Below, in pieces: positions 44,301 to 52,977 of a stretch of DNA of 57,071 bases (positions are counted from its first letter, which is position 1; each line of letters opens with the position of its first letter). A program made the translations under genes and the position numbers. Below the pieces are notes generated by a model that worked only from the letters and a program-made list of their open reading frames with translations, was not told the DNA's origin and searched no databases. The stretch is from an uncultured Ardenticatenales bacterium (GTDB lineage Bacteria; Chloroflexota; Anaerolineae; Ardenticatenales; Ardenticatenaceae): the NCBI GenBank assembly GCA_966690745.1, contig CBKYSX010000001.1, positions 1 through 57,071 of the forward strand. Direction: 5' to 3'.

Positions 44301-44852
44301 CTATTCGGCTAACAACTGCCGGATCACTGCTTCCAATTCGGGTTGTTCGATGGGACCGATTTTCAGGTAGTGGACATTACCCTCACGGTCAATAAAGAAG
44401 GTTTCGGGAACCCCCTTAATGCGGTAGGCATCGGAAATACGACTGCCGAGGTCTTGCCCTGCGGTGTACGTAATGCCATATTGGGCAAGGTACTCGCGGG
44501 CTTTCGGCTCCACATCAGAATAGGCGATGCCCAACATAATGACCTCGCCCTCATATTTTTGGTGGGTTTGTTCCAGCAAGGTCATTTCCTTGTCACATTC
44601 CACGCACCACGAAGCCCAGAAGTTGATAATGACAGGCTTGCCGCGCAACTCGCTCAGGGTCACTTCCTCGCCATCAAAAGTGGTCAACGTAAAATCGGGG
44701 GCAGGTCCATCCAGCACTTGAGCGCGGTCACGGTTAAGCATCCCCACCATTAAAATGCCAATCACGACGAATGCCCCTACCAGCGCGGGGACAATCCACC
44801 AGGGGCGGCGCACAGGGGACACAGCACGGTCATCAAGGGTTGTTGTCGCCAT
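44301..44852 (-). CDS. Thiol:disulfide oxidoreductase (TlpA/ResA/CcmG-like)
   Basis: N-terminal TM anchor and thioredoxin fold with WASWCVEC. Sits directly downstream of the ccmH-like gene. Confidence 0.8.
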   Translation of the reverse strand: MATTTLDDRAVSPVRRPWWIVPALVGAFVVIGILMVGMLNRDRAQVLDGPAPDFTLTTFDGEEVTLSELRGKPVIINFWASWCVECDKEMTLLEQTHQKYEGEVIMLGIAYSDVEPKAREYLAQYGITYTAGQDLGSRISDAYRIKGVPETFFIDREGNVHYLKIGPIEQPELEAVIRQLLAE

Positions 44853-44855
44853 AAG

Positions 44856-45326
44856 TTACTCTTCCAAACGGCGCAATTCCCGTTCGAGTTGCGCGGAATA
44901 GGGGTCTTCGGTTGAATCTGTCGGGCGAACTGGAATGGGTTGTGGCTGGGGGGATGGACGATTACGAAGCCAAAGGGTCAAACCAATCACCCCTATCCCC
45001 ACCGCTACAAAGGGTAATATCCATGCGATCAGATCAAAGCCGGAAGTAGAAGGCTTTGCCACCACCTTTTGCCCGTACTGTTCAATAAAGTATGCCTGAA
45101 TTGCCTTCTCGCTTTCACCCGCCGCGATTTTCTGCGCGATGACCTCTTTCATATCATCGCATACTTCCAATTCGCAGACATCTACGGTCAATCCGGCGCA
45201 CAAGGGGCAATACAAATCTTCTGCCACATCATTCACGGTTAAATCAGGTGCCTGGGCACGGGCAGAAACAGGCAGTGCCAACATTAGGGCAAAGACTACA
45301 GCAAGGAGTATGATTCGTCGGTTCAT
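44856..45326 (-). CDS. ccmH: Cytochrome c-type biogenesis protein CcmH/NrfF-like
   Basis: Signal peptide, LYCPLCAGLTVDVC (CxxC), and a TM segment after the periplasmic domain. Confidence 0.7.
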   Translation of the reverse strand: MNRRIILLAVVFALMLALPVSARAQAPDLTVNDVAEDLYCPLCAGLTVDVCELEVCDDMKEVIAQKIAAGESEKAIQAYFIEQYGQKVVAKPSTSGFDLIAWILPFVAVGIGVIGLTLWLRNRPSPQPQPIPVRPTDSTEDPYSAQLERELRRLEE

Positions 45327-45400
45327 GGTGTACTATTATAGTAGAGGGTGGGTACTTTTCAATAACGACCCCGCCTGATATTTGTCAGGAGTTTTGGTCA

Positions 45401-46216
45401 ATGACCCATCTTATCTTTATTAAACTCGGTGGTTCCCTGATTACCGATAAAACCCGACGCTTCCATGCCCGCCGTGATGTGATTGCACGGTTAGGGCATG
45501 AAATCGCGGCGGCGCGTCATGCCGATCCTGCCCTACGAATCGTGCTGGGGCATGGAAGCGGCTCTTTCGGGCATGTTGCGGCGCGGGAAAGCGGGTATGA
45601 CCGCAAAACAGGACACCCCTCCCCGTTAGCGTTGGCGCAGGTGGGGAACGCGGCAAGCGAGCTCAATCAAATCGTGCGGGAAGAACTTGTGAATGCCGGA
45701 TTGCCCGTTTTTTCCGTGGCTCCCGGCGCAACCGGCACTTTAGAAGCGGGTCACTACCGCGCCTTCGCCGTTGACCATCTCTATCGCCTGCTGGACTATG
45801 GCGCGATGCCCCTGCTCTTTGGCGATGTGGCGATTGGCGACCATGGTGTAACCGGGATTGCCAGCACCGAAATGGTGTTTGATAGTCTGGCGCGAACCAT
45901 GAAGCCCCAACGATTGTTACTGGCGGGCATCGTAGACGGGGTTTTTGAATATGCCCCCGGCGAAGGGTTGCCCAACCCGCCCCTCATTCATGAAATTGCC
46001 CCCCACAACTGGCTGGATATTCAAGCCGGGCTGGGTGGTTCGCATGGCACAGATGTAACAGGCGGAATGCTTGCCAAAGTACGCGAAACCCTTGACCTGG
46101 TAGAAGCGGTAGATGGCTTAGAGGCGCGAATCTTCAACGGCGAAACAGAAGGATTGTTAGAACGGCTCTTGTTAAATCCCTCCCTTCCCGGTGGCACGAT
46201 TATCTCCAAAACTTAA
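45401..46216 (+). CDS. Isopentenyl phosphate kinase (amino-acid kinase fold)
   Basis: IKLGGSLITDK and HGSGSFGH motifs, GD....G...S.E, about 270 aa. Confidence 0.6.
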   Translation: MTHLIFIKLGGSLITDKTRRFHARRDVIARLGHEIAAARHADPALRIVLGHGSGSFGHVAARESGYDRKTGHPSPLALAQVGNAASELNQIVREELVNAGLPVFSVAPGATGTLEAGHYRAFAVDHLYRLLDYGAMPLLFGDVAIGDHGVTGIASTEMVFDSLARTMKPQRLLLAGIVDGVFEYAPGEGLPNPPLIHEIAPHNWLDIQAGLGGSHGTDVTGGMLAKVRETLDLVEAVDGLEARIFNGETEGLLERLLLNPSLPGGTIISKT

Positions 46217-46218
46217 TC

Positions 46219-46305
46219 CTTCCCATTTCTCACTCATCCGCACTTTCCACCATCGAACGATATGGGGTAGGGAGGGCATGAGAAATGGGAAACGAGAAAT
46301 GCGGG
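46219..46305. repeat. Intergenic repeat family E (tttctc/gagaaa words) hairpin
   Basis: A 12-bp stem tcccatttctca (46221-46232) / tgagaaatggga (46279-46290). The word atttctcgttt is shared with 42184-42200. Confidence 0.5.
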
Positions 46306-46451
46306 TAGGGGTTATTATTTGATTTATAGATACACCCCTTTAAGAAATCACTATTCCTGAGTATACTTAACATTCTAACCGTTTTACGGAATACCTCACC
46401 CCTATCAAAAAATACAACGGGGTATACACACGTAGTTACGAAGGACTGACG

Positions 46452-47561
46452 ATGGCAGGATTATTCGATATGTTCAGCAACGCCGGAATCACCGTGATTG
46501 CCTTTATCGCGGTACTGGGCTTGCTGGTCTTTGTCCATGAATTAGGACACTTTGCGGTGGCAAAGTGGGCGGGGATTCGCGTTGAAGAATTTGGCTTTGG
46601 CTACCCTCCCCGCGCGCTGACCTTATTTAAGAAGGGTGAAACCGAATACACCCTGAACTGGCTCCCATTAGGGGGCTTTGTTCGCATGGTGGGTGAAAAC
46701 GGCGAAGATGGTAGTGACCCGCGCAGTTTTGCCTCCAAAAGCCGTACCGTTCGCGCCGCCGTGCTGGTAGCGGGGTCGGCAATGAACGTGATATTGCCCA
46801 TCTTCCTTTTCGCCGCTATTGCCATGATGGGCGTTCCCGATGGCGACCTGACCGGACGGGTTGAAGTGGTCGGGATTGAAGCCGACAGCCCCGCCGCACA
46901 GGCAGGATTGCAAGCCGGGGATGAAATCCTTTTTGCAGGGAACCAGCGCGTCACCAGCCGCGATTTCCTGATTGCCCTTGTGCAACAATTTGAAGGGCGC
47001 GAATTGGTTTTGGATGTAGACCGCAACGGGGAAATGGTAGCCGTTAGCGTGACCCCGCAAATCTACGAAGAAGAATCGGGGCAGGTCAAAATCGGGGTAA
47101 GCATTACCGACCAACGGGAAATAGTCTACTACAACCCGATTCAGGCAGTGCAATTCGGGGTGGAACAGACCCAATTCTGGCTCGCAACGATGGTACGTGA
47201 CCTGACGGGTCTGCTCCGCAACGCGATTCAAGGCAACACCGAAGGTGCGGCAATTGCGGGTCCGGTCGGGATTATGCAGGTGACGGGGGAAGTGGCACGT
47301 ACCGGCTTACCCAACCTGATTAACCTCGCCGCCATCCTTTCCCTCAACCTTGCGATTATGAACATGCTCCCGATTCCTGCACTAGATGGGGGACGGCTGA
47401 TGTTCGTTATCTTAGAAGCGGTGCGTGGCGGCAAAAAAATCAGCCCGGAACGGGAAGGGTTGGTCCACCTGACGGGGATGCTCCTCCTGCTCAGCCTGAT
47501 GGCGTTCATCAGCTTCTTTGATGTGCAACGCCTCTTTAGCGGCGGCTCCATCCTCCAATAA
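46452..47561 (+). CDS. rseP: RIP site-2 metalloprotease RseP (M50) with PDZ domain
   Basis: HELGHF in TM1, PDZ (G..ADSPAAQAGLQAGDEI), NMLPIPALDGG. Confidence 0.9.
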   Translation: MAGLFDMFSNAGITVIAFIAVLGLLVFVHELGHFAVAKWAGIRVEEFGFGYPPRALTLFKKGETEYTLNWLPLGGFVRMVGENGEDGSDPRSFASKSRTVRAAVLVAGSAMNVILPIFLFAAIAMMGVPDGDLTGRVEVVGIEADSPAAQAGLQAGDEILFAGNQRVTSRDFLIALVQQFEGRELVLDVDRNGEMVAVSVTPQIYEEESGQVKIGVSITDQREIVYYNPIQAVQFGVEQTQFWLATMVRDLTGLLRNAIQGNTEGAAIAGPVGIMQVTGEVARTGLPNLINLAAILSLNLAIMNMLPIPALDGGRLMFVILEAVRGGKKISPEREGLVHLTGMLLLLSLMAFISFFDVQRLFSGGSILQ

Positions 47562-47581
47562 ACTCGCTTACCAACATACCT

Positions 47582-47619
47582 AACCCGGCTTTCCGATGAG
47601 AAAAGCCGGGTTCTTTTTT
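47582..47619 (+). terminator. Intrinsic terminator after rseP
   Basis: aacccggcttt / aaagccgggtt stem followed by cttttttg. Confidence 0.8.
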
Positions 47620-47741
47620 GCCTTTAAAGGTTGCTTTCGGTAGTGCAGGGGGTATCCCGAAAGTACGAAACCGACTGAACCAACCCCATCCACGATGTCC
47701 CTCTCCCCATCGCGGGATTGCCGTTTACCCCAAAATAAAAT

Positions 47742-47769
47742 TTGACAACCCCCACTTTCCCGATATAAT
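47742..47769 (+). promoter_or_regulatory. Consensus sigma70 promoter for tRNA-Asp (TTGACA - 16 nt - TATAAT)
   Basis: -35 at 47742-47747, -10 at 47764-47769, with an A/T-rich tract upstream. The tRNA begins at 47801. Confidence 0.7.
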
Positions 47770-47800
47770 CCTTTCTGTTCTCGCTCGAACAAGAGAACAA

Positions 47801-47873
47801 GGAGGCGTGGTGTAGCGGTTAACATATCGGCCTGTCAAGCCGAAGATCGCGGGTTCGATCCCCGTCGCCTCCG
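47801..47873 (+). tRNA. tRNA-Asp (anticodon GTC)
   Basis: Manual cloverleaf: GGAGGCG TG GTGT AGCGGTTA ACAT A TCGGC CTGTCAA GCCGA AGATC GCGGG TTCGATC CCCGT CGCCTCC G. Confidence 0.9.
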
Positions 47874-47878
47874 TAGTT

Positions 47879-47915
47879 AGCCGTACAGTATATAACCACT
47901 GTACGGCTTTTTTTT
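47879..47915 (+). terminator. Intrinsic terminator after tRNA-Asp
   Basis: agccgtacagt / actgtacggct stem followed by an 8-T run. Confidence 0.85.
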
Positions 47916-48305
47916 GTGCCTTTTACTGGCAGGCTTATTTATTTTTCCTCCTTGAACCTAAAATGACCCCAATGACTCGTTATACCAACGAGGCTTCTAC
48001 CCGAACGCCACAAGTTACCTGGTGCCGGGGTGAAACGTCGCGACGAAACCTACTTAATTAACCCCGTCCTCCGCCGAATTACCCAAGCATACCGCTTCAC
48101 CGTGACATGGGGTGTGGGGCATTGATGCACTATCGCGATCTTCTTAAACGTGCGTCGCGCGATTCGAGCCAAGAAGTCAAGATTTGAAATACTAAACCCG
48201 TTTGGGTAGAGTTGTAGTACCCCCAAATTGCTGTACCTCATCCCCCGCCTCTTTAACCCCCTATCCACACTTTACGTCATACCCGTAGTGCCTCGGAGTA
48301 CTACC

Positions 48306-48833
48306 ATGGCTTATATTGAATCTGATCCTGTTACGGAAGCTACCCACTTTCTTGGTGGGTACTTGCGCTCCTGCCGCCTTGTCTGCAAGACGAAACTCAA
48401 AGAAACAGGCTCATTTATCAAAAGATTGGCTTTGATCCAAGACTGTCTGAAGATGGCACCGGTTCTACAGTTTGAGGAATTGTTGGTGGAGCCGTTGGCT
48501 GAAGAACCTCATTACTGTTTTGAAATTTCCGTTCCGGTTTTGCGCGGCAATTCCGACCTCTTGACGTATCCGCTCGACCCGACCACCTGTAACCATCGCG
48601 GTGCCTCTGACCTCACAGAAGTTGAATTTCGTATGGACCGTGACTATATTTTTGCTGTTTTTGAAGCCACCAACGTGAGGTTCCATCCGAATGATAGCCA
48701 ACAGCAGGTCCTTACCGCGCTTGCGCTGGAGACACTAAAGACTCACACCGGATGGGTAGAGAAAGAGGTTGATGCCCATAATGCGGAGGTTCGTCTATTT
48801 TTTAAGTATCAAGCGCAAGGGCTAGGGATATAA
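48306..48833 (+). CDS. Hypothetical protein
   Basis: ATG 48306 (MAYIESDP...) lies within ORF 48228..48833. No motif recognised. It sits in a region that looks lower in GC. Confidence 0.4.
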   Translation: MAYIESDPVTEATHFLGGYLRSCRLVCKTKLKETGSFIKRLALIQDCLKMAPVLQFEELLVEPLAEEPHYCFEISVPVLRGNSDLLTYPLDPTTCNHRGASDLTEVEFRMDRDYIFAVFEATNVRFHPNDSQQQVLTALALETLKTHTGWVEKEVDAHNAEVRLFFKYQAQGLGI

Positions 48834-48838
48834 GAACG

Positions 48839-48874
48839 CTCTACAACACTTAAGGGATGTCAAGTGTTGTAGAG
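48839..48874. other. 13-14-bp perfect hairpin after the hypothetical ORF
   Basis: ctctacaacactt / aagtgttgtagag with a 10-nt loop and no U-run. Confidence 0.45.
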
Positions 48875-49136
48875 TGCGACCCGAATATTTATTTCTGTAG
48901 GACGGGTAACTACATTTGCCTGCACGCGATTAATTTGCACGGTGGCGCGGGGAACTGTTCCTGATAGTGGAACACAATCTTCACATTCACATGCTAGTAC
49001 TCCGGCAAGCCGATGCCCCGCGCAATGTCGCTCCGGGGCATGTCATCCCCGCTATACGCCTAATAGATTCCTATCTCCCCTGCATCGGGGGTAGATATCT
49101 GAACAGCATTTTTTTATTCTCCAAATATACCTACAC

Positions 49137-50498
49137 CTACGGCATATATCGCCATTCCCATATGCGAATCCGTTCGTAATCAGGCAACTGAATTTGTTTA
49201 AAAACGCCTGTAAGGAGGTTGTAAAATTCTGTTCCTATCGGGTTGGCAGGATACCCTGTAGTAGTCTTCTGCGTTACGAGGTAGCTGGTAGTGTCGTTGA
49301 GGAAGTGTGGCTTGTTATGTTGGGGTAATGTTGTCAATTCGGGTGGATTCAAGGTTGTGTCGCCAATCGTGATTTGATAGCCATCCGTAATAGAGTCATT
49401 CGAATCACACGCAAAGCGGTTCCCTCCTGTCTGCCACCTTAAATAAATCCCCCGACATCGAAATTGAGCGGCGGGGATGAGGCTATCCGTTGCTTGCAAA
49501 ATTGAATCTTGCGGAACCTCGCCATGATCTGTAAATATGACATACTCACCTCCGGGCGAAACCGAGACGACCGGATTACGGCTGGACCAGGAACGGAAAA
49601 AGGTTGGGTTCGCTCCATCCGGTTCTGCGAGAAAATAGGCATTTGCCTGTCGAATCAATAGGTGCGTCCCCCCATTGACCCACCCCTGCATTGAATAGTC
49701 AGGGATAAGCATGGTAGCCGGGGTGCCCTTTTTGTCGCTACCATAAATGCCATATCCCTCGGTCAAACTGTTGGCTGTAAACATCAATCGGTTGCCATCG
49801 GGCGACCAATACAATGTGCGTTCACCGTCCCCTGTATAAATAAAGTGGGTTTCTAAGTCCACGTTATTCCATACACCGACCTGAAGCACGCCTTGGGAGT
49901 TCACGTAATACCACCACGCCATCGTCTGACTATCCGATGACCAAATGGCGTGATGAATAGCAACCGGATAAGTAGACTGTACCGGAATCCCATACATTCT
50001 ATCTTCCACCGTATCATAGATATGAATGGACCGTCCCTCGGTTTCGGTAGAAAATGATAGATAGCGGCTGTCCGGCGACCAATAAAAAGAATCGGTAACA
50101 TCCCCTTCGTAGATCGTTTGTGGTTCGCCTGTATTTAGCGGTATAAGCACGAGGGATGTATCTTCACTCCCAAGCCCGTCAATATAGACCAGTGCCTTCC
50201 CATCCGGCGACCATGACCAACTATAGGGAGATGGATATACATTATCTACCAACAACTTCCAGTTACTATCATCAGCCCGTATTGTGTATAAATCTGCCGT
50301 AGTGTCATCAATTTCAACACTGACCAACCCAATATAATCTCGTAATGTGGGGTCATAGGCGTGATAAAGCAAAGGAAGATGAACGCTTTGGGGTCCGCTT
50401 CTTTGTGCCACCACGCCATCTCCGTTCCAAATCGATACTGCCACCATCCCGATAAACCACACCGCAACCAACCCGCGACTTATCCAATTCCTGATCAT
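49137..50498 (-). CDS. TolB-like beta-propeller (PD40/WD40-like repeat) protein with N-terminal anchor
   Basis: Recurrent PD40 motifs SWSPDGKALVY, YWSPDSRYLSF, IWSSDSQTMAW, YWSPDGNRLMF, SVSPGGEYVIF. N-terminal TM segment. Confidence 0.7.
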   Translation of the reverse strand: MIRNWISRGLVAVWFIGMVAVSIWNGDGVVAQRSGPQSVHLPLLYHAYDPTLRDYIGLVSVEIDDTTADLYTIRADDSNWKLLVDNVYPSPYSWSWSPDGKALVYIDGLGSEDTSLVLIPLNTGEPQTIYEGDVTDSFYWSPDSRYLSFSTETEGRSIHIYDTVEDRMYGIPVQSTYPVAIHHAIWSSDSQTMAWWYYVNSQGVLQVGVWNNVDLETHFIYTGDGERTLYWSPDGNRLMFTANSLTEGYGIYGSDKKGTPATMLIPDYSMQGWVNGGTHLLIRQANAYFLAEPDGANPTFFRSWSSRNPVVSVSPGGEYVIFTDHGEVPQDSILQATDSLIPAAQFRCRGIYLRWQTGGNRFACDSNDSITDGYQITIGDTTLNPPELTTLPQHNKPHFLNDTTSYLVTQKTTTGYPANPIGTEFYNLLTGVFKQIQLPDYERIRIWEWRYMP

Positions 50499-50691
50499 AC
50501 AACCTCCTTATCCAGAAACAGCGATTATTCTAATTCCCCCTTTTTATGATTTTATCATTAAAACAAAAAAAGAATAAAATGATATGACTTTATCTATATC
50601 AGATATGACAGGGGTGTAATGTAGTGTGTCCTCATTTCCGAAGGGACCTTTCATTAATAGAATGGTATCATTTTGTAAGTCACACCAATAA

Positions 50692-50719
50692 GAAAAGCCA
50701 GCGCAATGGCTGGCTTTTC
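50692..50719 (-). terminator. Intrinsic terminator
   Basis: An 11-bp stem gaaaagccagc / gctggcttttc, followed on the minus strand by uuauu. Confidence 0.6.
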
Positions 50720-50757
50720 AGGGGTTAGGAGAAACCTTTGTTGGATAAGGTATCCTT

Positions 50758-51030
50758 TTATAAGGACGCAAATTCGACTTTAACAGCATCGGGGCAGATG
50801 GTTGCAACGGCTTGTGCTTCGTCCAACCCCATGGTTTCCATGAGGTGGGCAATCGCCCCGTCGCGTACCGTTTGTTTCAGCATTGCTTCCGCCTCACAGA
50901 GCGACATCATGCCGGGAACATAGGTTTGGGTGGAATAGAGAAAGGGTTGTTCGGTGGCGGCAACGCCCGGAACATGGATGGATACGATCACAGGCAAACG
51001 GTCGGCATAAGAAGTAGAATAAGTGCTCAT
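50758..51030 (-). CDS. Small hypothetical protein (faint HicB/UPF0150-like pattern)
   Basis: ATG 51030 preceded by GAGGGG (a GTG at 51054 is possible). The segment VPGMMSLCEAEAMLKQTVRDGAIAHLME resembles the PG...GeT.eEA...eAi motif of HicB-like folds. Weak. Confidence 0.35.
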   Translation of the reverse strand: MSTYSTSYADRLPVIVSIHVPGVAATEQPFLYSTQTYVPGMMSLCEAEAMLKQTVRDGAIAHLMETMGLDEAQAVATICPDAVKVEFASL

Positions 51031-51042
51031 CCCCTCAGTATA

Positions 51043-51070
51043 TTGAAATTTCACATTTGTGAAATTTCAA
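51043..51070. promoter_or_regulatory. 28-bp perfect palindrome (operator-like)
   Basis: ttgaaatttcaca tt tgtgaaatttcaa: 13-bp arms with a 2-nt spacer, 13-40 nt upstream of ATG 51030. Confidence 0.5.
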
Positions 51071-51590
51071 TTGTTAAGGAGTTGATAACCGATGCCGGAA
51101 GTGTCTATGCTTGTAGAGGCGTACCCTTGTAGTCGCCCGTTGTTCTTAGCCGGAACTTTAGGACAAATGTACATCCCTTAACAGTATGGAAATGTCTACC
51201 CCCGCCCTCCGTTTTTTGCTACCATAATATCCCAAGGCAATTCTCGATTGCCCCTCTCCACAACAAACCCATCAACACAAAAGAAGGAGATTCAGAATGG
51301 TTGATCACCAGCAACGACGCTATGGTCAAAAAACAACGCCCATCCTGATACACTCTGACCTCAAGGTGGAAAATCCACCTATACCCACGCCGCCCCCGAC
51401 CAACGCCACGATTGGCAAAGCCATTCCTGCGCTTGCTAACGACATGGGGCGGTATCCCGGGCGCGGCTTTCGTCCCCAAAACGTCTGGTAATACCTTATA
51501 CACCAAAAAATGCACCCAAAAAAAGACAGCCCCAACGCTTAGCGTCAAGGGGCTGTTCTATGTTTATAGAATAGGGCTTTCTATTACTTC

Positions 51591-52787
51591 TTACTTCATC
51601 GTCATTCCCAGCATCCCTCCCAACGTCCGTAACGTTTCCTGCGCCTCGCTCATGTTAAATCCCATGGGTGCATGAAGCAGAATTGTAGCGGCGATGGTAT
51701 CAAGGGTCATAAGCGCGTTAGGGGTATCAAGGTCGTTTTGCACAAAGGTATGGAAGGCATCGGTGGGGTAGGTAATGCCGAGGGAGGGTCCGTTACCGCT
51801 TGTGGTTGCGAGTGCCTCACGCCAGCGATTAGCCCGTTGCGCGGCGGCATCCATCTCGCTATCGCTCCATTCAAAGGCAGTACGGTAATGGTGGCTTAAC
51901 AGATAGGTACGGATGTCGTCGGCGTGATAGCGTTGGCGCAGGTCTTGAATAAAGACCATGTTACCCAAACTTTTCGACATTTTTTCCCCGTCCATCCGCA
52001 CCATCGCGGTGTGCATCCAGAAGCGCACAAACGGCTCCTGCCCCGTAAATTTCTCGCTCTGCGCGATTTCACATTCATGATGGGGGAACAGCAAATCTGC
52101 ACCACCGCCGTGAATATCAATCTGCTCCCCCAGATAGCGCAAACTCATCGCACTACATTCGATATGCCAGCCGGGGCGACCATCCCCCCACGGGCTTGCC
52201 CATGTCGGTTCGCCCGGTTGCGCCGCCTGCCACAGGACAAAATCCAACGGGTCCTGTTTGTTCGAGTCGTCGGGGTAATTGCCCCGTTCATTGGCGATTT
52301 TCAGCATGGTGGCGTAATCGTAGCGGCTCAATTTGCCGAATTCTTTGTCACTCGCAATCCGAAAATAGACGCTCCCATTCTTCTCATACGCATACCCTTT
52401 TGCCAGCAAGTCGCTGATGATTTCAATCATCTTGGCGGTTTCTTCAGTGGCTTTGGCATATACATCGGGCATTCGCACGTTTAAGGCGCGTAAATCATCC
52501 AAAAACTTTTCAGTCTCCTGTTCCCCTAAGTCGCGCCAATCCATCTCTTTCTCTTTCGCTTTCCGCAAAATATCATCGTCAATATCCGTTACATTCTGCA
52601 CATAGCGCACCGTTCTGCCGGTGCTTTCCAAATAGCGAATCAGGGTATCGAATACGACATACGTAAACGCATGACCGAGGTGGGTTGTGTCATACGGGGT
52701 AATCCCACAGACATAAATCGTAACGGTATCGCTCAACGGGGTAAAGGGGTCAACTGATTCCGTCAACGCGTTGTAGAGCTTGAGCAT
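51591..52787 (-). CDS. Class I Cys ligase of the short MshC type (CysRS paralogue lacking the anticodon-binding domain)
   Basis: HIGH-type [24 protein letters not shown]...[38 protein letters not shown]. Only about 125 aa follow KMSKS, for about 399 aa total from ATG 52787. Confidence 0.7.
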   Translation of the reverse strand: MLKLYNALTESVDPFTPLSDTVTIYVCGITPYDTTHLGHAFTYVVFDTLIRYLESTGRTVRYVQNVTDIDDDILRKAKEKEMDWRDLGEQETEKFLDDLRALNVRMPDVYAKATEETAKMIEIISDLLAKGYAYEKNGSVYFRIASDKEFGKLSRYDYATMLKIANERGNYPDDSNKQDPLDFVLWQAAQPGEPTWASPWGDGRPGWHIECSAMSLRYLGEQIDIHGGGADLLFPHHECEIAQSEKFTGQEPFVRFWMHTAMVRMDGEKMSKSLGNMVFIQDLRQRYHADDIRTYLLSHHYRTAFEWSDSEMDAAAQRANRWREALATTSGNGPSLGITYPTDAFHTFVQNDLDTPNALMTLDTIAATILLHAPMGFNMSEAQETLRTLGGMLGMTMK

Positions 52788-52977
52788 GGGGCTATCGTCC
52801 TTGATATGAGTGAGTAGTAGGGGCGGGTTAGGGCATGCAACGCCATCCAATATGAACCCGTTGACCCGCCCGCCGTTGGAACAACGCGAAATGGGAAAAC
52901 GGCACAGAATATCAACTTCTTAATTGCCGTTCCTGCATAGTACAGGAATCGGAGGAAGCGACAAGGCAGAGTGCCTA

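Noticed and set aside
44301-45326. ccmH-like plus TlpA-like pair as a possibly novel redox system
   Set aside because: This is standard System I cytochrome c maturation accessory genes. The remaining ccm genes are simply not in this window.
48050-48268. 72-aa minus-strand ORF next to tRNA-Asp, considered as an integrase or transposase remnant
   Set aside because: I cannot match it to any recombinase motif (no R..H..R..Y or DDE pattern). It is kept only as a note within the island finding.
51297-51491. 64-aa + strand ORF (Pro-rich) with a GGAG-like RBS in the 51.06-51.59 kb gap
   Set aside because: Low-complexity, with no motif, and overlapped by two alternative minus-strand ORFs of similar length. 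There is not enough evidence to call it coding.
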